The notes: generated by a model from the sequence alone, not told the origin. 62,855 nucleotides of DNA, filler included, from Basidiobolus ranarum (GCA_040143965.1; 29 parts of 29 records of this genome joined end to end with filler, not necessarily neighbours in it); one strand, 5' to 3'. Counted from the whole stretch's first letter, positions 36,955 through 49,963 are shown. A program made the numbers and translations.

Positions 36955-37622
36955 GCCCTCATGAAATGCAACAACAGCAACCCTGCACTACAACCCTGGG
37001 TTCCCGGTCGTGCTGGTTGCCGCAGCAGCGGTAACACGAAACGCCGCGACAGTACAAATGTCAAGTCTGACCAAGAAGCTCAGCAGGGCATCAAGTGCGG
37101 CGATGTTCGCGTCCACACAGCCAACATTACTGAAATGATGCCTGTTTTCGAAGTACGACACAACAAGAGTCGATTCTTTGGAGACTATGCGGATAATGCT
37201 CCTGCCCAGTGTGCGCAGTGGGCATTGCCCGCCAAGGAGCGATATATGGGTGATTTTAACGTGAAGCCCAAGAATCCAGTCTTGGTTATTGGCAACACAC
37301 ATGATCCTGTTACGCCTTTGGTGTCGGCACGGAATGTTAGTGAGACGTTTAAGGGGAGTGTGCTACTGCAGCATGATTCCTATGGGGTATGTTTTTATTG
37401 GTTCTTTTTTTCTCTCGACAATAATGGATTGTGAGCTAACAATATGTATAGCATGACAGTTTGATGCAAGCCTCGTTGTGTACAGCTGAAGCTATTCGAT
37501 CCTACTTTGTGAATGGTACGATGCCTCAGAAGGGAACGAAATGCCCCGTGAAGGTCCCTTTGTTTTCTGAGGAGGATGGTTGGGATGAGGTGATTGCGCA
37601 GTTAGAAAGTGGATCCAACTAA
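36955..37622 (+). CDS. TAP-like alpha/beta hydrolase (Abhydrolase_4-type C-terminus), 5'-partial; intron 37387-37451
   Basis: GIKCGD, CAQW, NPVLVIGNTHDPVTPLVSA. Spliced YG|HDSLMQASLCTAEAIRSYFVNGTMPQKGTKC restores the catalytic GH. Intron GTATGT..GCTAAC..TAG. Confidence 0.85.
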
Positions 37623-37935
37623 CTGATCAATTATTTTGACATACGAACAAATACCAACTATTCCCAAGGAAGTCACAGATACATAAAGAGACGTTAAGTC
37701 TGATGTGAAATAACAATAAAAACATGTAAATTAAAATCAAAACCGCTTTTCATTATAGAGCTCGCATTTACCCTTAAGGTTTTCCAAACCGAGAAATCCA
37801 TTCAAAAATATTTAGTCCAATCGTTTTTAATCTACTGGTAGTAATGCAATCTTCATTACTGGTGTAATAATGATACAACCTCTAATTTCCTCTTCAACGC
37901 CCAATATTTCAATGGCTAGTCGGAACAAAAGCAAG

Positions 37936-38264
37936 TTAGTTTTCACTCTCTTGCAGGGCCGTATCGTGATCCTTCTTGTGCTTCTCCCGTACATGGTACC
38001 ACTTGTTGGGACTCTGTGGCTTGTATGCCTTGGCTTTGTATTTCAGTGGAAATTCCCTCTTAATGAGCTTGAACAATATCTCACTGGTCGTGCCTTGTAT
38101 CTGGGGAGTATTGAGCTGGATCTGCCTGAGTGATAGGCACTGTCGACCTTGAGAAGGATGTGTCGCATAGCCTCGTAGTGTGGATAATCTCTTACGCTTT
38201 CTAATCTTTTGAGGCTCTTGACGCACATCGTAGTGGCTAGTTCAACCAGGGATTTGACCTGCAT
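37936..38264 (-). pseudogene. Elongin-A-like (Pol II elongation factor SIII subunit A) N-terminal pseudogene
   Basis: Joining two frames across a 1-bp shift near 38131 gives MQVKSLVELATTMCVKSLKRLESVRDYPHYEAMRHILLKVDSAY-LRQIQLNTPQIQGTTSEILFKLIKREFPLKYKAKAYKPQSPNKWYHVREKHKKDHDTALQESEN*. This has a BC-box SLVELA...C and an LRQIE.NSP-type motif, then an early stop. Confidence 0.75.
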
Positions 38265-38499
38265 ATTGAGCAAGAGGTCGACGACCCTTCAGGCGATATT
38301 TACAAACTGTATAAACATAAATAGTATAAATACTACAAGTTGATTGGTTAATATCGCCAAAGTTTATAATTACTCCAATAATTAAAATTTCTTTTTCAAG
38401 GCTTAAATTTCACAATACTAGTGATCTTGATAGGAGACAAGATATGGAAAGCGTATAATTAATAAGTCAATACATCTTTCTTTATAGTGATGATCCGCT

Positions 38500-39021
38500 T
38501 CTTTGAATAGCAAGAAATAATCAACTGTGGTTCTTTCCACAGCTGAAGCAGGGTAAAAAGTAGCTGCACACCCCACAATGGAGGTCTTGTGATGAAGGAA
38601 ACTTTTTAAGGACTAACCTATCTCTCAGTATGCAGTTTGAAACATTTAGTAAATATATGAGAAAGTAGTATGTACAGTATATGAATACATTTCTCTCCTG
38701 GCAAAAACTCCAAAATCAAGTATTTTGTTAGCTGATTAGACATTGGTTAGCTTTGCTTAACATGTGCCCAGTGCTTGTAGCCTGCCATAAATAGTAATAA
38801 TTAATCTAAAGTGTTTAGAGCAATACATGACATGCAATGGACATATTTACATCCTTAAATTGGGATATGTGTTGGATAATTAATCTTTATTCAACATCAT
38901 AGTTAACTTAAGTTATGATACATATATCAGAAACAGAAAGCAACGTATCTATAGCCCCTATATTCTAAATAGGAATATCTCTATATCTATATAACAAGTG
39001 TGTCTTATTACCCCCACTTAT
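38500..39021 (+). mobile_element. Copia RNase H scrap and LTR type D (38870-39021)
   Basis: NSKK*STVVLSTAEA; LTR matches 19747 and 45176. Confidence 0.7.
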
Positions 39022-39181
39022 NNNNNNNNNNNNNNNNNNNNNNNNNNNNNNNNNNNNNNNNNNNNTTAATTAATTAANNNNNNNNNNNNNNNNNNNNNNN
39101 NNNNNNNNNNNNNNNNNNNNNCTTAATTTAAAGGAAGCAGCTTTGATTATTGAGGAGCGGAGAGTTCAAACCATTCTTTGC

Positions 39182-41190
39182 TCCTAACAAAAATAAAATC
39201 AATTTGATCTGGATTGGATCCAATCTCTGAAATAGCAAAACTGTCAGAGAACCATCACAATATTGGTGGCTTGCATTCTGCCAGGGATTTTGATGGTGTG
39301 ATGGCAGCTTCTTGATGGTATTTTGATGGTATTCATGCATGTTAAAGCATGAATCCTCAAATTTAGCATGTGTTTTTCAATATTTGGCAATTATTGAAAA
39401 AATATAATTTCTGAATGGCAAATTACCGGGTTTACTGCTGTATGTCTTTGATTTAATATGCATGCCTTTATTTATATATTATAGGCTTTGTTTTTCAGCC
39501 ATAATGAGAATCAAAAAATACAAGAATCTTGTTGTGTTTAGTCTCTACATATGCACATACTTGACTGATTAGACATAACTCAACAACATGAATATGCTTC
39601 ACCAGCAAACTAATGGTGGAAAAATTGCTAAACATCTGAAATTTTGAATAGCACTGACACTTGGCAAATAGCTGACTCTTGTTACCATCTACAATGAAAA
39701 TAAGCTCCTGGATTTTGGCAAATTTCCGCAAAGAATTCAGCCAATATATCCCCAACTTGCAGTTAACAAATGTCCTGCCACAAGTAGATGTGCCATTGCT
39801 TGAATAGATTACCCAATGGCTAAAACAATAATACTGTGTATCTTGATATATCTCATCAAGGAGTCTATCTTGCAGCTTTCCTAAAAATACCATCAGATTA
39901 TCACACAAGCAAATTAGTCAAATTATAGAGGTACTTACTCACTGTCCATTTATTGGGCTTTGTTGCTGTTATAGTGCTCAAACAATGGAAAAACCTGTAA
40001 ACACATTGAAAAGAGTACTTTATTGGAAGGTTTATATACTCTGGAGTCTCTATAACCCATTGCATTACATCCATCACTGATTTTGCTAATACATTGTCAA
40101 TCAGATCAGCATACAGTATTACTGATAATTTCACATGGAGCATCATTTCACTGCAGGTGCGCTCCATTGGGAACTCCCAGATTGTATAGCAAGGGCCTAT
40201 AATCTCCAAGTATTGTGAAAGATGCAGTAGGGAATGTATTGAATACCAGTGTAGATTCAGTCTATCTTCTTTAAACCTGTAATAAAGGTTTTCATATCAA
40301 ATTACAAAATCTTCCCACAATTGCTGTATCTGCTTGAGATCTGCTAACGTGAGTTGATACCATAAGAATATATTAACAATATTGACAAACAACTCCCAAT
40401 GTTGCCAATACATATCAGGCAGAAATCTTCTCAAAGTTCCACTTGTATATATAGAAATTTAATACTTCCAGTCTTTGCATTTGAATAAACACCTAGATGA
40501 GTGGATATTGATGAGAGTACTGGTAAAATATGATGGTATCTTGACTTTTTCAAGCATTTTCCCAATCAATTCAAACTTTGATCCTATCTTGAATGGCTCA
40601 TTCATATTGAATTTGCTACTATATAACTGAGTAAGTAGTTTGGGAATGTTGTTGAATAGTAAGTGCGTAGTGCCTAATGGAAGCTCTGGCTCCAGCTGAT
40701 CCCTTAAGCAATATAATCTTAGGCTTACAGCTAATATCAAGTTTGATGTTAGACTGACTTTTTGGTAAATTGATATCAGTAATCATATTGAAATCTGACT
40801 AGGCACTTGACAGTAAAATCATGAACTTTAGTGTTGTATTTAGATAGTAGTAAAGCATATGACTGTTAGAGTAAACTCCTTTGATTTGACAAAATCTACA
40901 GCAAGATAGTGCATTGTGCCTGCAGAAACCTCCAAGTTTACTAATGACAGGAGTGTCACCAATACATACAATGATATTTGCTTTAAAAAAATATTCACCC
41001 ATCTGAACCTCATTATATAACCATTCAAATTCCACAATCAAAGGCATCAAGAAGCTATCTATAAGCACAGGTGATTTAGGTCCATATATGATGGATAGTA
41101 TCAAAATATTATGACTCTCATTTCACTCAGAAGGAGAAAGATTTGCCTTTCCTATGGTAAACTTGTTTAGTGAGAAACCATCTAGAGCCA
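39182..41190 (-). mobile_element. CMC end B plus transposase remnant, nested in another CMC copy (39122-39181)
   Basis: LDGF, GPKSPVLIDSFLMPL, GDTPVISKL, CCRFC, GPCYTIWEFPMER; the flank matches 51720-51778. Confidence 0.9.
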
Positions 41191-41290
41191 NNNNNNNNNN
41201 NNNNNNNNNNNNNNNNNNNNNNNNNNNNNNNNNNTTAATTAATTAANNNNNNNNNNNNNNNNNNNNNNNNNNNNNNNNNNNNNNNNNNNN

Positions 41291-42927
41291 TTTTTCCCAA
41301 CATATGATTTTCAAATGCCAAATTACTGGGTTTACCGCGGGAGGAATCTGAATTAATATGCATGCTTTTATTATTTATTTTAAGCTTTCTATTCTGACCA
41401 TAACAAGAATAAAAAAAAACAAGAATCCTGTTGTGTTTAGTCTTTACATATGCACATACTTGACTGATCCAACATAACTCAACAACATCAATATTCATCA
41501 CCACCAAACTAATAGTGGAAAAAGGTTAAACATCTGAAATTTTGAATAGTACTGACACTTGGCAAAGAGCTGACTCTTGTTACCATTCACAATGAGAATA
41601 AGCTCTTGGATTTTGGCTAGTTTCTGTAAAGAATTGAGCCTAAATATCCCCAACTTGTATTCAACAAATGTCCTACCAAAAGTAGATGTGTCATTGTTTG
41701 AATAGATTACCTCATGGCTAAAACAATAATACTGCATATCTCAATCATTCTCACCAAGAAGTCTGTCTTGCAGCTTTCCTAGAAATATTGACAGATTATT
41801 ACACAAAAATATTGGTCCAAATTATAGAGGTACTTATTCTGTGTTCATGGACTGGGTTTTGTTGCAGTTATTGTGCTCAAACAATGCAAAAACCCATGTG
41901 GCAATAGTACTGTATATCTCAATGTTTCTCACAAAGAAGTCTGTCTTGCAGCTCTCCTAGAAATAATGTCAGATTATTCCACAAACATATTGGTCCAAAT
42001 TATAGAGGTACTTACTCTGTGTTCATGGACTGGGTTTTGTTGCAGCTACTGTGCTCAAACAATGCAAAATCCCACAAGCATACTAAAAAGAACCCATTGT
42101 TGGAAGGTTAATGTACTCTGCAGTATCCTTAACCCATCACATTACATCCATCACAGATTTTGCTGACACATTGTTAATCAGATTAGCATATGGAAATACT
42201 GACAAATTCACAAGGAGCATCATTTCACCACAGGTGCAATCCAATTGGAACTCCCAGAATGTATAGCAAGAGCCTATAATCTCTAAGCATTGTGAAGTAT
42301 GCAGCAGCAAATGTATTGAAAACAGGCAAACTTTCAGTCTATCTTCTTTAAACCTGTGAGACAGCTTTTCATATCTAATTAAAAAATCTTCACACAGTTG
42401 AGGTATCTACCTGAGATCTACCAATGTGAGGTGATGCTATAAGAATATATTAACAATATCCACAAACAACTCCCAATGTTGCCAATACTTATCAGGCAGA
42501 AATCTTTTCAAGATTCCATCTGAATATATACAACTCCAATACTTCCAGTCTTTGCCTTTGAATAAACAGTTAGATGAGTGGATATGGATGGGAGTCCTGG
42601 TAAAATATGATGGTATCATGAAATTTTCAACCATTTTCCCAATCAATGCCAACTTTGATTCTATCTTGAATGGCTCATTCATATTAAATTTTCCACTATT
42701 TAGCTGAGTCAGTAATATTGGAATATTGTTAAATAGTAAGTGCATAGTGCCTAATAAGAAGCTCTGGCTCCAGCTGATCCCCTCTAGCAATATACTCTTA
42801 GGCTTACGGTAATACCAAGTTTGATATTAGACTGACTATTTGGTGAATTGATATCAGTGAGCATGTTGAAATCTGACCAGGCTCTTGATGGTAAAATCAT
42901 GGAGTTAAGTTTTGTATTTGGATAGTA
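41291..42927 (-). mobile_element. CMC transposase remnant with a ~177-bp tandem duplication
   Basis: GTMHLLFNNI, FKGKDWKYW, YWQHWELFV. Confidence 0.9.
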
Positions 42928-43284
42928 CCCTAACAGAAATTTGAGGATTGTTATTGTAGCAAAACCATCACAATTTTAATCCATTTGGGACTGACCATTT
43001 ACTTGCCATCATAAAATTGTCAAGTTAAATTTGATTTTAATCAAATTTTTCAGTTTCAGAAGTGAAATTTCAAGATCTCACAAAATAGTTGCACATGGCT
43101 GACTACAATCTCAGCAAACTATGGATCAATGCTTGTGTGAAAAATATAACTCAAATTTTACACCTTTACCACTTGAATGATAATTTGTCACCTTTGAAAT
43201 CCCTAGTTTCTTTGATATATTCTCCTGAATACTTTTATAGAGTTCTTTGTACCCAAGGTTTAGCTTATATCCAACACAAGTTTG
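42928..43284 (+). mobile_element. CMC end A nested in a CMC transposase
   Basis: ccctaacagaaatttgaggattg. Confidence 0.85.
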
Positions 43285-43359
43285 TGTTGAAAGTCTGGTG
43301 ACTTGTGGTACAAGCAGTAATTCCCAAAGAGGAAAATATGGAGTATGGTGACTGCATCT
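43285..43359 (+). repeat. LTR-like repeat type F terminus inserted in CMC
   Basis: tgttgaaagtctggtgacttgtggtacaagcagtaattccc. Confidence 0.85.
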
Positions 43360-44827
43360 NNNNNNNNNNNNNNNNNNNNNNNNNNNNNNNNNNNNNNNNN
43401 NNNTTAATTAATTAANNNNNNNNNNNNNNNNNNNNNNNNNNNNNNNNNNNNNNNNNNNNAGGTAGACCTACGAGGAGCAGGGGATTTGATTTCCATGTGA
43501 CCAGACACGGAACCTAAAAGGGCGCAGAGAGACGCAGCGATCAAGCAAGGTACACTTCTCATTTTCTATTAGATTACTTGTAACTTGTAAACGGATAGGA
43601 TGCTCTTTAGAGATTTGAGTTAGGGCCGTTTTATATATAAAAAAATGGAAACCCGAAGCTCACAAAGTGCAGTACAAATGATTCAGGGTATCTTCTAACG
43701 CAGTACAGGCGATTCAAGGTATCTTCTAATTTAGATCCTCATCAAGCATCTTCAAATTTGAGTAACTATGTTTCCGTCCCAATTCACTAGTTGTCCTACC
43801 AGATAATTTCCGCGATGCAGTAGATGATTTCGAGAGGGATATTTGCTAATGTTATTTCGTGTGTAACAATCAAACAAATATTACATTAAACGTGGACCTA
43901 AACCATATAGAGATCACCGAGGATACTGGATTTCATGCTGCTACAAAGCATCTGAATCGATTAGGCTAGTTACCATCAAAATGATGATGAGTACAGCGTT
44001 TCCATAGATTTAGGTTCCTTCCAATTCTGTATGTTTGGTAGCGTGCTTGGGACTAGATACTACTCATTAATTAAGAAGCCAAGGGGTCCTCTAGATATAG
44101 GAACTCCATTGCATGACATCTGGATTTTCTCACGCGAGTTGAGCACTTTTTGCCTTAAATAGATTTTTTGCCATACTCAACATCCCATTGATCGTTCCAC
44201 TATGTTTAAAGTAATAAACTGCGTGATATACGAAGGAGAGCTGTGAGATTCTTAGAAGCATGGATTACTTGACCAAAGAAACTATCACGTTAAGAGGATC
44301 TATGAAAATTACAAGAACCAAAATAATGGAGCTTTATATAGTGCCATCTATATACAGTGTGCTTAGTGTTTACTATGTTCATTTGTAGGCCATACTATTG
44401 AAGAGCAATAAATTCATGCATACTAAACTGACAATACACTCTTCTCCTATTAGTATTGGATAATGCTGCTATTTGAAAGTAAGTTGCCCTAATTCTTGGT
44501 GGAAGTGAAGTTAGAGGCATGAAAGAAAACCGATTGTGGAAGTTTACCATTTATGTTGAATAAAGCTCTTTCTCCTAATGCCATAGTTACCCTTTGAAAG
44601 GCTTACCTGAGTCAATATAATTATACTTGCTATTTGTTTTTCCTATTAATAGATCCTGGAATGGCCAAAGTAGCTTATCTCATAGATCTATTGAATGTAA
44701 AATGTCTCCCTCACCAAAAAATTTAATCTATATGTACAAAGGCTGCGATAATCTGCAGTTCAAATGATATTTGATTTAACAGCTATTTCCTGAATTATTC
44801 TGATGCTTCAGTATTTTAGCTTTACTC

Positions 44828-45175
44828 TGTTGAAATTGGCATTGCCCAAACACCTATATAGTCATCTATAGCTTAGTATTTAGTTATTCTATATTGAACC
44901 AAGATATTTTCCATTATTCTCAATTGGAATTTACTTAGAGTATTGACACCAACTTGGAAGTTTTCAGATATATAGATTTTTCAAACTTGTGTTAGAAGCC
45001 CCAAACTTTGTACACATGTTCCTGGGAGTTTTTTTAATATTTTTTATATGTTAGTTTCTTTACATCTTGACAAGAGTATAAATAGCAACTTTCTACTTTA
45101 TAAATCAATAAGTGAAAGCCACCAATTTCTGTAATTCTCAAAACCACTTCCAACAGATTCCCAAATAATTCAACA
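44828..45175 (+). repeat. Solo copia LTR type B with 5-bp TSD TACTC/TATTC
   Basis: TGTTG...CAACA termini; sits in the start of an LTR type D copy (45176-45420). Confidence 0.9.
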
Positions 45176-45527
45176 TATTCAGCATCTTAGTTAACTTTAG
45201 TTTTGATACATATATCAGAAATGGAAAGCAATGTATCTCTAAGCCCTATATTCCAGTTAGGAATATCTCAATATCTGTATAACCCATATATCTTATTACC
45301 CCCACTTATCCATTATATCTTATTATACAAACTCCTGAATATCTCAGACAATTGATTTACTTCTCTGCTATATAAAACACCTATTCTCTTAAGAATAAAG
45401 TAACTAAAGCACTATCATATAAGTCAAGGAAGGTCCCAGGAGCAAGTGTGCAAATCCTGGGGCTTCTAGCACAAGTTTGAAAAAATCTATATATCTGAGA
45501 ACTTCTAAGTTGGTAAAAATATTCCAA
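45176..45527. repeat. LTR type D (plus, to ~45420) followed by partial LTR type B (minus)
   Basis: Matches 38885-39021 and 20020-20130. Confidence 0.75.
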
Positions 45528-46136
45528 NNNNNNNNNNNNNNNNNNNNNNNNNNNNNNNNNNNNNNNNNNNNTTAATTAATTAANNNNNNNNNNNNNNNNN
45601 NNNNNNNNNNNNNNNNNNNNNNNNNNNTTTATACATAGTTAGGGAATTCCACTCAAGTTCTCCTTAATGCACAGAAATTCACCTAAATTAAAATTGTCAG
45701 GTTAATTCTACATATTTATGTAATAAGTCTTTGGTTGCGTAGTTTGTACTTTCTTACCCAATCCAATATCCACTTATTCAAAGCATTCTACTCTTTATGC
45801 CATCCTCTCCTCCATACTTCATATGATTACCGACTGATGTTGTCATTTTTAGCAAGTGTTCACTTCAACGGTAGGTATGATATCTACATGTAACAGGTTT
45901 TTGGAGCAGTAGAAAGCACAGCCAGGTAGGGATGGTGGACAGAAATTGATCGTTAACTTGTGTTGGACCCTGTATCATCTGCATTTCACCACCTACAGAT
46001 TCCAACCCCCTGTATGCACATATTCCACGTTCATTTTATCTAGAACATAGCGAGATCTAAGGATATAAAAGTAGTAGCGAAAGTCAATCCTCAAAGCAAT
46101 TCACTTTCAATTAGAAATATACATTCAACAACTATA

Positions 46137-46523
46137 ATGAAATTCTCTACCATCTTCGTTGCCATCGCTTTTGTTATCAGCACTGTGCTCGCCGCTCCTG
46201 TTCCACTCGATCTTTCTCCAGTCCTTGGTAGTGTCACCAACAATCCAGGGGGTGCTCTTTCCCCTGTAGTGGATGGACTTTGCGATCCCGCTTTAGCAAT
46301 CGTGAAATTGAATGTGGCTGAAGTAGCTCACGTGGATGCCTTTGTATGCTTGGCTAAATCCCAGCCCGTTCCCCCAGAAATTGAACAAGCTACTCGCGAG
46401 GTCTCCTCCAACTGCAACGTTCTTAAAGACTCCATCAATGCTTTGGTTAGTGCACCAGGTCTCTTGGAAGTTCGCGCAGTAGTCTGCCTTCCTAAAGTAA
46501 TAGTATATGTCTCAGTCTTATAA
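46137..46523 (+). CDS. Small secreted protein, 128 aa, 4 Cys in two C-x(21-23)-C repeats ending VCL
   Basis: Signal peptide MKFSTIFVAIAFVISTVLA/AP; TATAAAA at ~46063; CpG retained; no stops. A possible 3' intron at 46497-46551 is unconfirmed. Confidence 0.85.
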   Translation: MKFSTIFVAIAFVISTVLAAPVPLDLSPVLGSVTNNPGGALSPVVDGLCDPALAIVKLNVAEVAHVDAFVCLAKSQPVPPEIEQATREVSSNCNVLKDSINALVSAPGLLEVRAVVCLPKVIVYVSVL

Positions 46524-47386
46524 GTGAATGCCTCTTGATGGATATACCACAGCTAGATTACGACCGAAGACATGATTTAACATCATCTTGAATTTAATAA
46601 ATAAACACTAAATTTGATTTAGTTTTTTACTCACAAACCTATTACTGTGTGATATATTTTTAGATTGATATTACAAAATATAACTGATATTTAAAGGTAT
46701 ATTAAAAGTACCAGGACAGTTATATAATCCATCCAAGAACCGGTTTTTGGTTACACTGGAGATTGCTCTCACAAATAGACTGTCAAGTTTTTCAATAATT
46801 AAGATCGAAACGCATTGTACAAGCTCAAGCTGTGATTTTGGCATGAGTTGATTTCTGTACAAGTATGCAATGCATTATTGGTTCAATTTGTCATGATTGA
46901 TGTGTGCTAGTACCAATTTAGCCTTATCTACATTGTTACTCAACTTAGACAGGTTACGAGTATGTGCATTTCTACTGTTGCCCAGGAATAGAAGCATATT
47001 GCTCTCATAATAGAAAATTTCTTTAACACCCCAAATAGTATCACTTAAATTTGATAGTTGAAATAGTGAAAGGATCTAAAAATCTGTCTTAAGCCTAATG
47101 AACACAAGATGGGTTTAATCTATAAAGTATTAAAAAGCTATTAAATATTGGACTTTAATTAAACTTGTGTTAATTATTTATTTCATATTTATTATATACT
47201 TTTTAGAACTCTGGAGTAACAAGTATATCTGAGAACCACCCATACATAAACTCCTTAAATATTTTCCCAATGATTCCACAGAATGTAGGATGAAAAATTA
47301 CACAAAATACCATAAAATGATACATCCATGTTTGGACTTTTGTTACTACCGCACTTTCATCTTTGATGCTGCTTGAGGGGTACTTT

Positions 47387-47695
47387 TGTTGAAATTAGCA
47401 TTGCCTAAACACCTATATAGTCATATATAGCTTAGTACTTAGTTATCTTGTAATTCACTAAGATATTATCAATTATTCTCAATCGGAATTTACTTGGAAT
47501 ATTTTTACCAACTTAGAAGTTCTCAGATATATAGATTTTTCAAACTTGTGCTAGAAGCCCCAAACTTTGCACACATGTTTCTGGTGTTGAAATTAGCATT
47601 GCCTAAACACCTATATAGTCATATATAGCTTAGTACTTAGTTATCTTGTAATTCACTAAGATATTATCAATTATTCTCAATCGGAATTTACTTAG
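47387..47695 (+). repeat. Two tandem 5' halves of LTR type B (starts 47387 and 47585)
   Basis: tgttgaaattagcattgcctaaacacc occurs twice, nearly identical. Confidence 0.85.
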
Positions 47696-47795
47696 NNNNN
47701 NNNNNNNNNNNNNNNNNNNNNNNNNNNNNNNNNNNNNNNTTAATTAATTAANNNNNNNNNNNNNNNNNNNNNNNNNNNNNNNNNNNNNNNNNNNN

Positions 47796-48178
47796 TATTA
47801 ACCTCTGAGTCATCTGCCTAGACACAAGTCAATATGAGTCACAAGATTCATAACCAATGATCTTTCACTGCCAAGACTTCAGCTGATGCATGACTCACTT
47901 ATCTATCTATCTATCTATCCAATCACATTTTCTTTTATCAGAATTAGTCATCTAATATCTTGGCACTGACTAATTCACTTTGCTATCAAAAAGTATAAAT
48001 AAAGCTAACTGAACCTTTTGGTTTAGTGTGTGTCTCAACAAATATAGGATCTCAACACTTCTCAGTGTTCCTCAACAAATTCAATATTCCCCTCTCATTT
48101 CTATCCAAGCCTAGTATCCACTAGCATCTACAGAACACCAAGCCTAGCTGCCTAGCAAACCTACTCTCTACCGTAACA
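47796..48178 (+). repeat. LTR-like repeat type E, 3' part ending GTAACA
   Basis: Overlaps 54100-54196 and the reverse complement of 15234-15540. Confidence 0.7.
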
Positions 48179-48329
48179 TAGCAACCCACTGCTATTCCCA
48201 AGACATATATTAGTTAGATCTGCTCTGCTTATATATCCTGCTTAAACAGTTCTAAGATTCTGCACTTAACTGTTTCTTTGGTTCAGTAAAGTTCAAGACT
48301 TTTTATCCACTTTTCTCTTGGACACAACA

Positions 48330-49467
48330 TCAACCATCCAATCAACCTTGCCCTGCTGGCTCAGACCATGCCATTTTCCTTAAGGACTTCTATAAACATT
48401 TAATATCTGAGTTGGATCATGCTCAATCCCAATACCAGAACTTTGCTTATAAGAAAAGAAAGCCAAGGCCAGATCTCAAGCCAGGAGGTTATGTTCGGCT
48501 ACTCCAAAAAAATATCAAACCACCAGACCTTGTGATAAACTTGATCATAAAAGACTAGGGCCTTTTGAGATAATTAAGCAAATCAATACCATAGCCTTCT
48601 GCCTTGAACTCCCATCCCATATCAAAGTCCGCAATGTATTCCATGTGTCTCTCTTAGAGCCAGATGCCAGAAACACCTTCCAGGGGTGATCCATTGACCC
48701 ACCCCCAGCAATTCAAGTGTAAAAACACCCAGAATATGAAGTTACAAAATTCTAGATTCCTGAATTTATCAACGTAAATTGCAATATTTAGTGGACTGGA
48801 AGGGATATTCATCAAATGATGAAACATGGGAGCCAGCAACAAATCTTTCCAATTCTAAGGAACTTTGCCAGTAGTTTCATGAAGCCTATCCAGAAAAACC
48901 ATGCCCTATGATGACTGGAAGCCATCATTAAAGAAGGGGATACTGTCATGATTCTGATCTTGGCCTACTGATCCACAGCATATAGAACTCTTCTATTACT
49001 AGATTATAACATTGTATTGGCTGTGCCATCCCTTCTTGGCAATCTTGTGTTAATTTATCTGGGTTACCTGATATGGAAGTCATGTTCTCTGGAATATTCC
49101 ATGAAACCTAAACAATTATGTCATTGCACACATAATGTATTTCTGCAAAGACCTTCCATGGAAGGGCACCTGATTGTACTTACATCATCCCTCTTTGTAT
49201 TGGTCCTTGTAGTCCCCAACACCCCAGCACTTAAACTTGCCACAGTATATACCCTATTCAGTATATTATGTTTCACCTTGCAATATCTATAAAACCTCAT
49301 GTATTCCTTGATCAGACTGAGGTCTGATCAACACCAGTTATCAATAAAGATTCTTGCCAAAGTATCTTCCCTCTCTTGTCTTATCTTGTGGTATCCACCC
49401 AAGTACTCTCCTGCCTTCTAGCCTCTTGTCATTGTTTTCAATCCTTGTTCAGTTCCTTATTGTGACT
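48330..49467 (+). mobile_element. Gypsy chromovirus 3' end with LTR (48944-49467)
   Basis: Second copy of 32810-33950, including chromodomain and PPT. Confidence 0.92.
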
Positions 49468-49863
49468 GAAACAATGAAGAAAATAGCATTTTTGTAGACC
49501 CTTCAACCAAAATTTTGCCTACTGAAGTGCTCAATATAATGCCAGAGGTTGTAGTACCTCTATCCCAAACCAGGCAATCAAAGTGGATCAGAAAAAGCCC
49601 TGATTACTTTATCAATGAGTCCCAAACTTGGGCATATTACTGCACAGCTCAAATACATGAGCCTCAGCATGTAAAAGAGACCCTGAATGGCCCTCACACA
49701 AAATCTTGGAGATCTGCAATGGCTGATGAGTGCCAGGCTTCAATTGATAATCATACTTGGATTTGTAGCCACTTACCTGATGAAAGAAAATCAATTGGCT
49801 GCCAACAGGTGTTTAAAGTTAAATACAACTCTGATGGCAATATAGAAAGGTACAAGTATGATT
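49468..49863 (+). pseudogene. Copia integrase-RT linker and RT start
   Basis: EPQHVKETL, WRSAMADE, VFKVKYNSDGNIERYK; matches 61265-61590. Confidence 0.85.
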
Positions 49864-49963
49864 NNNNNNNNNNNNNNNNNNNNNNNNNNNNNNNNNNNNN
49901 NNNNNNNTTAATTAATTAANNNNNNNNNNNNNNNNNNNNNNNNNNNNNNNNNNNNNNNNNNNN

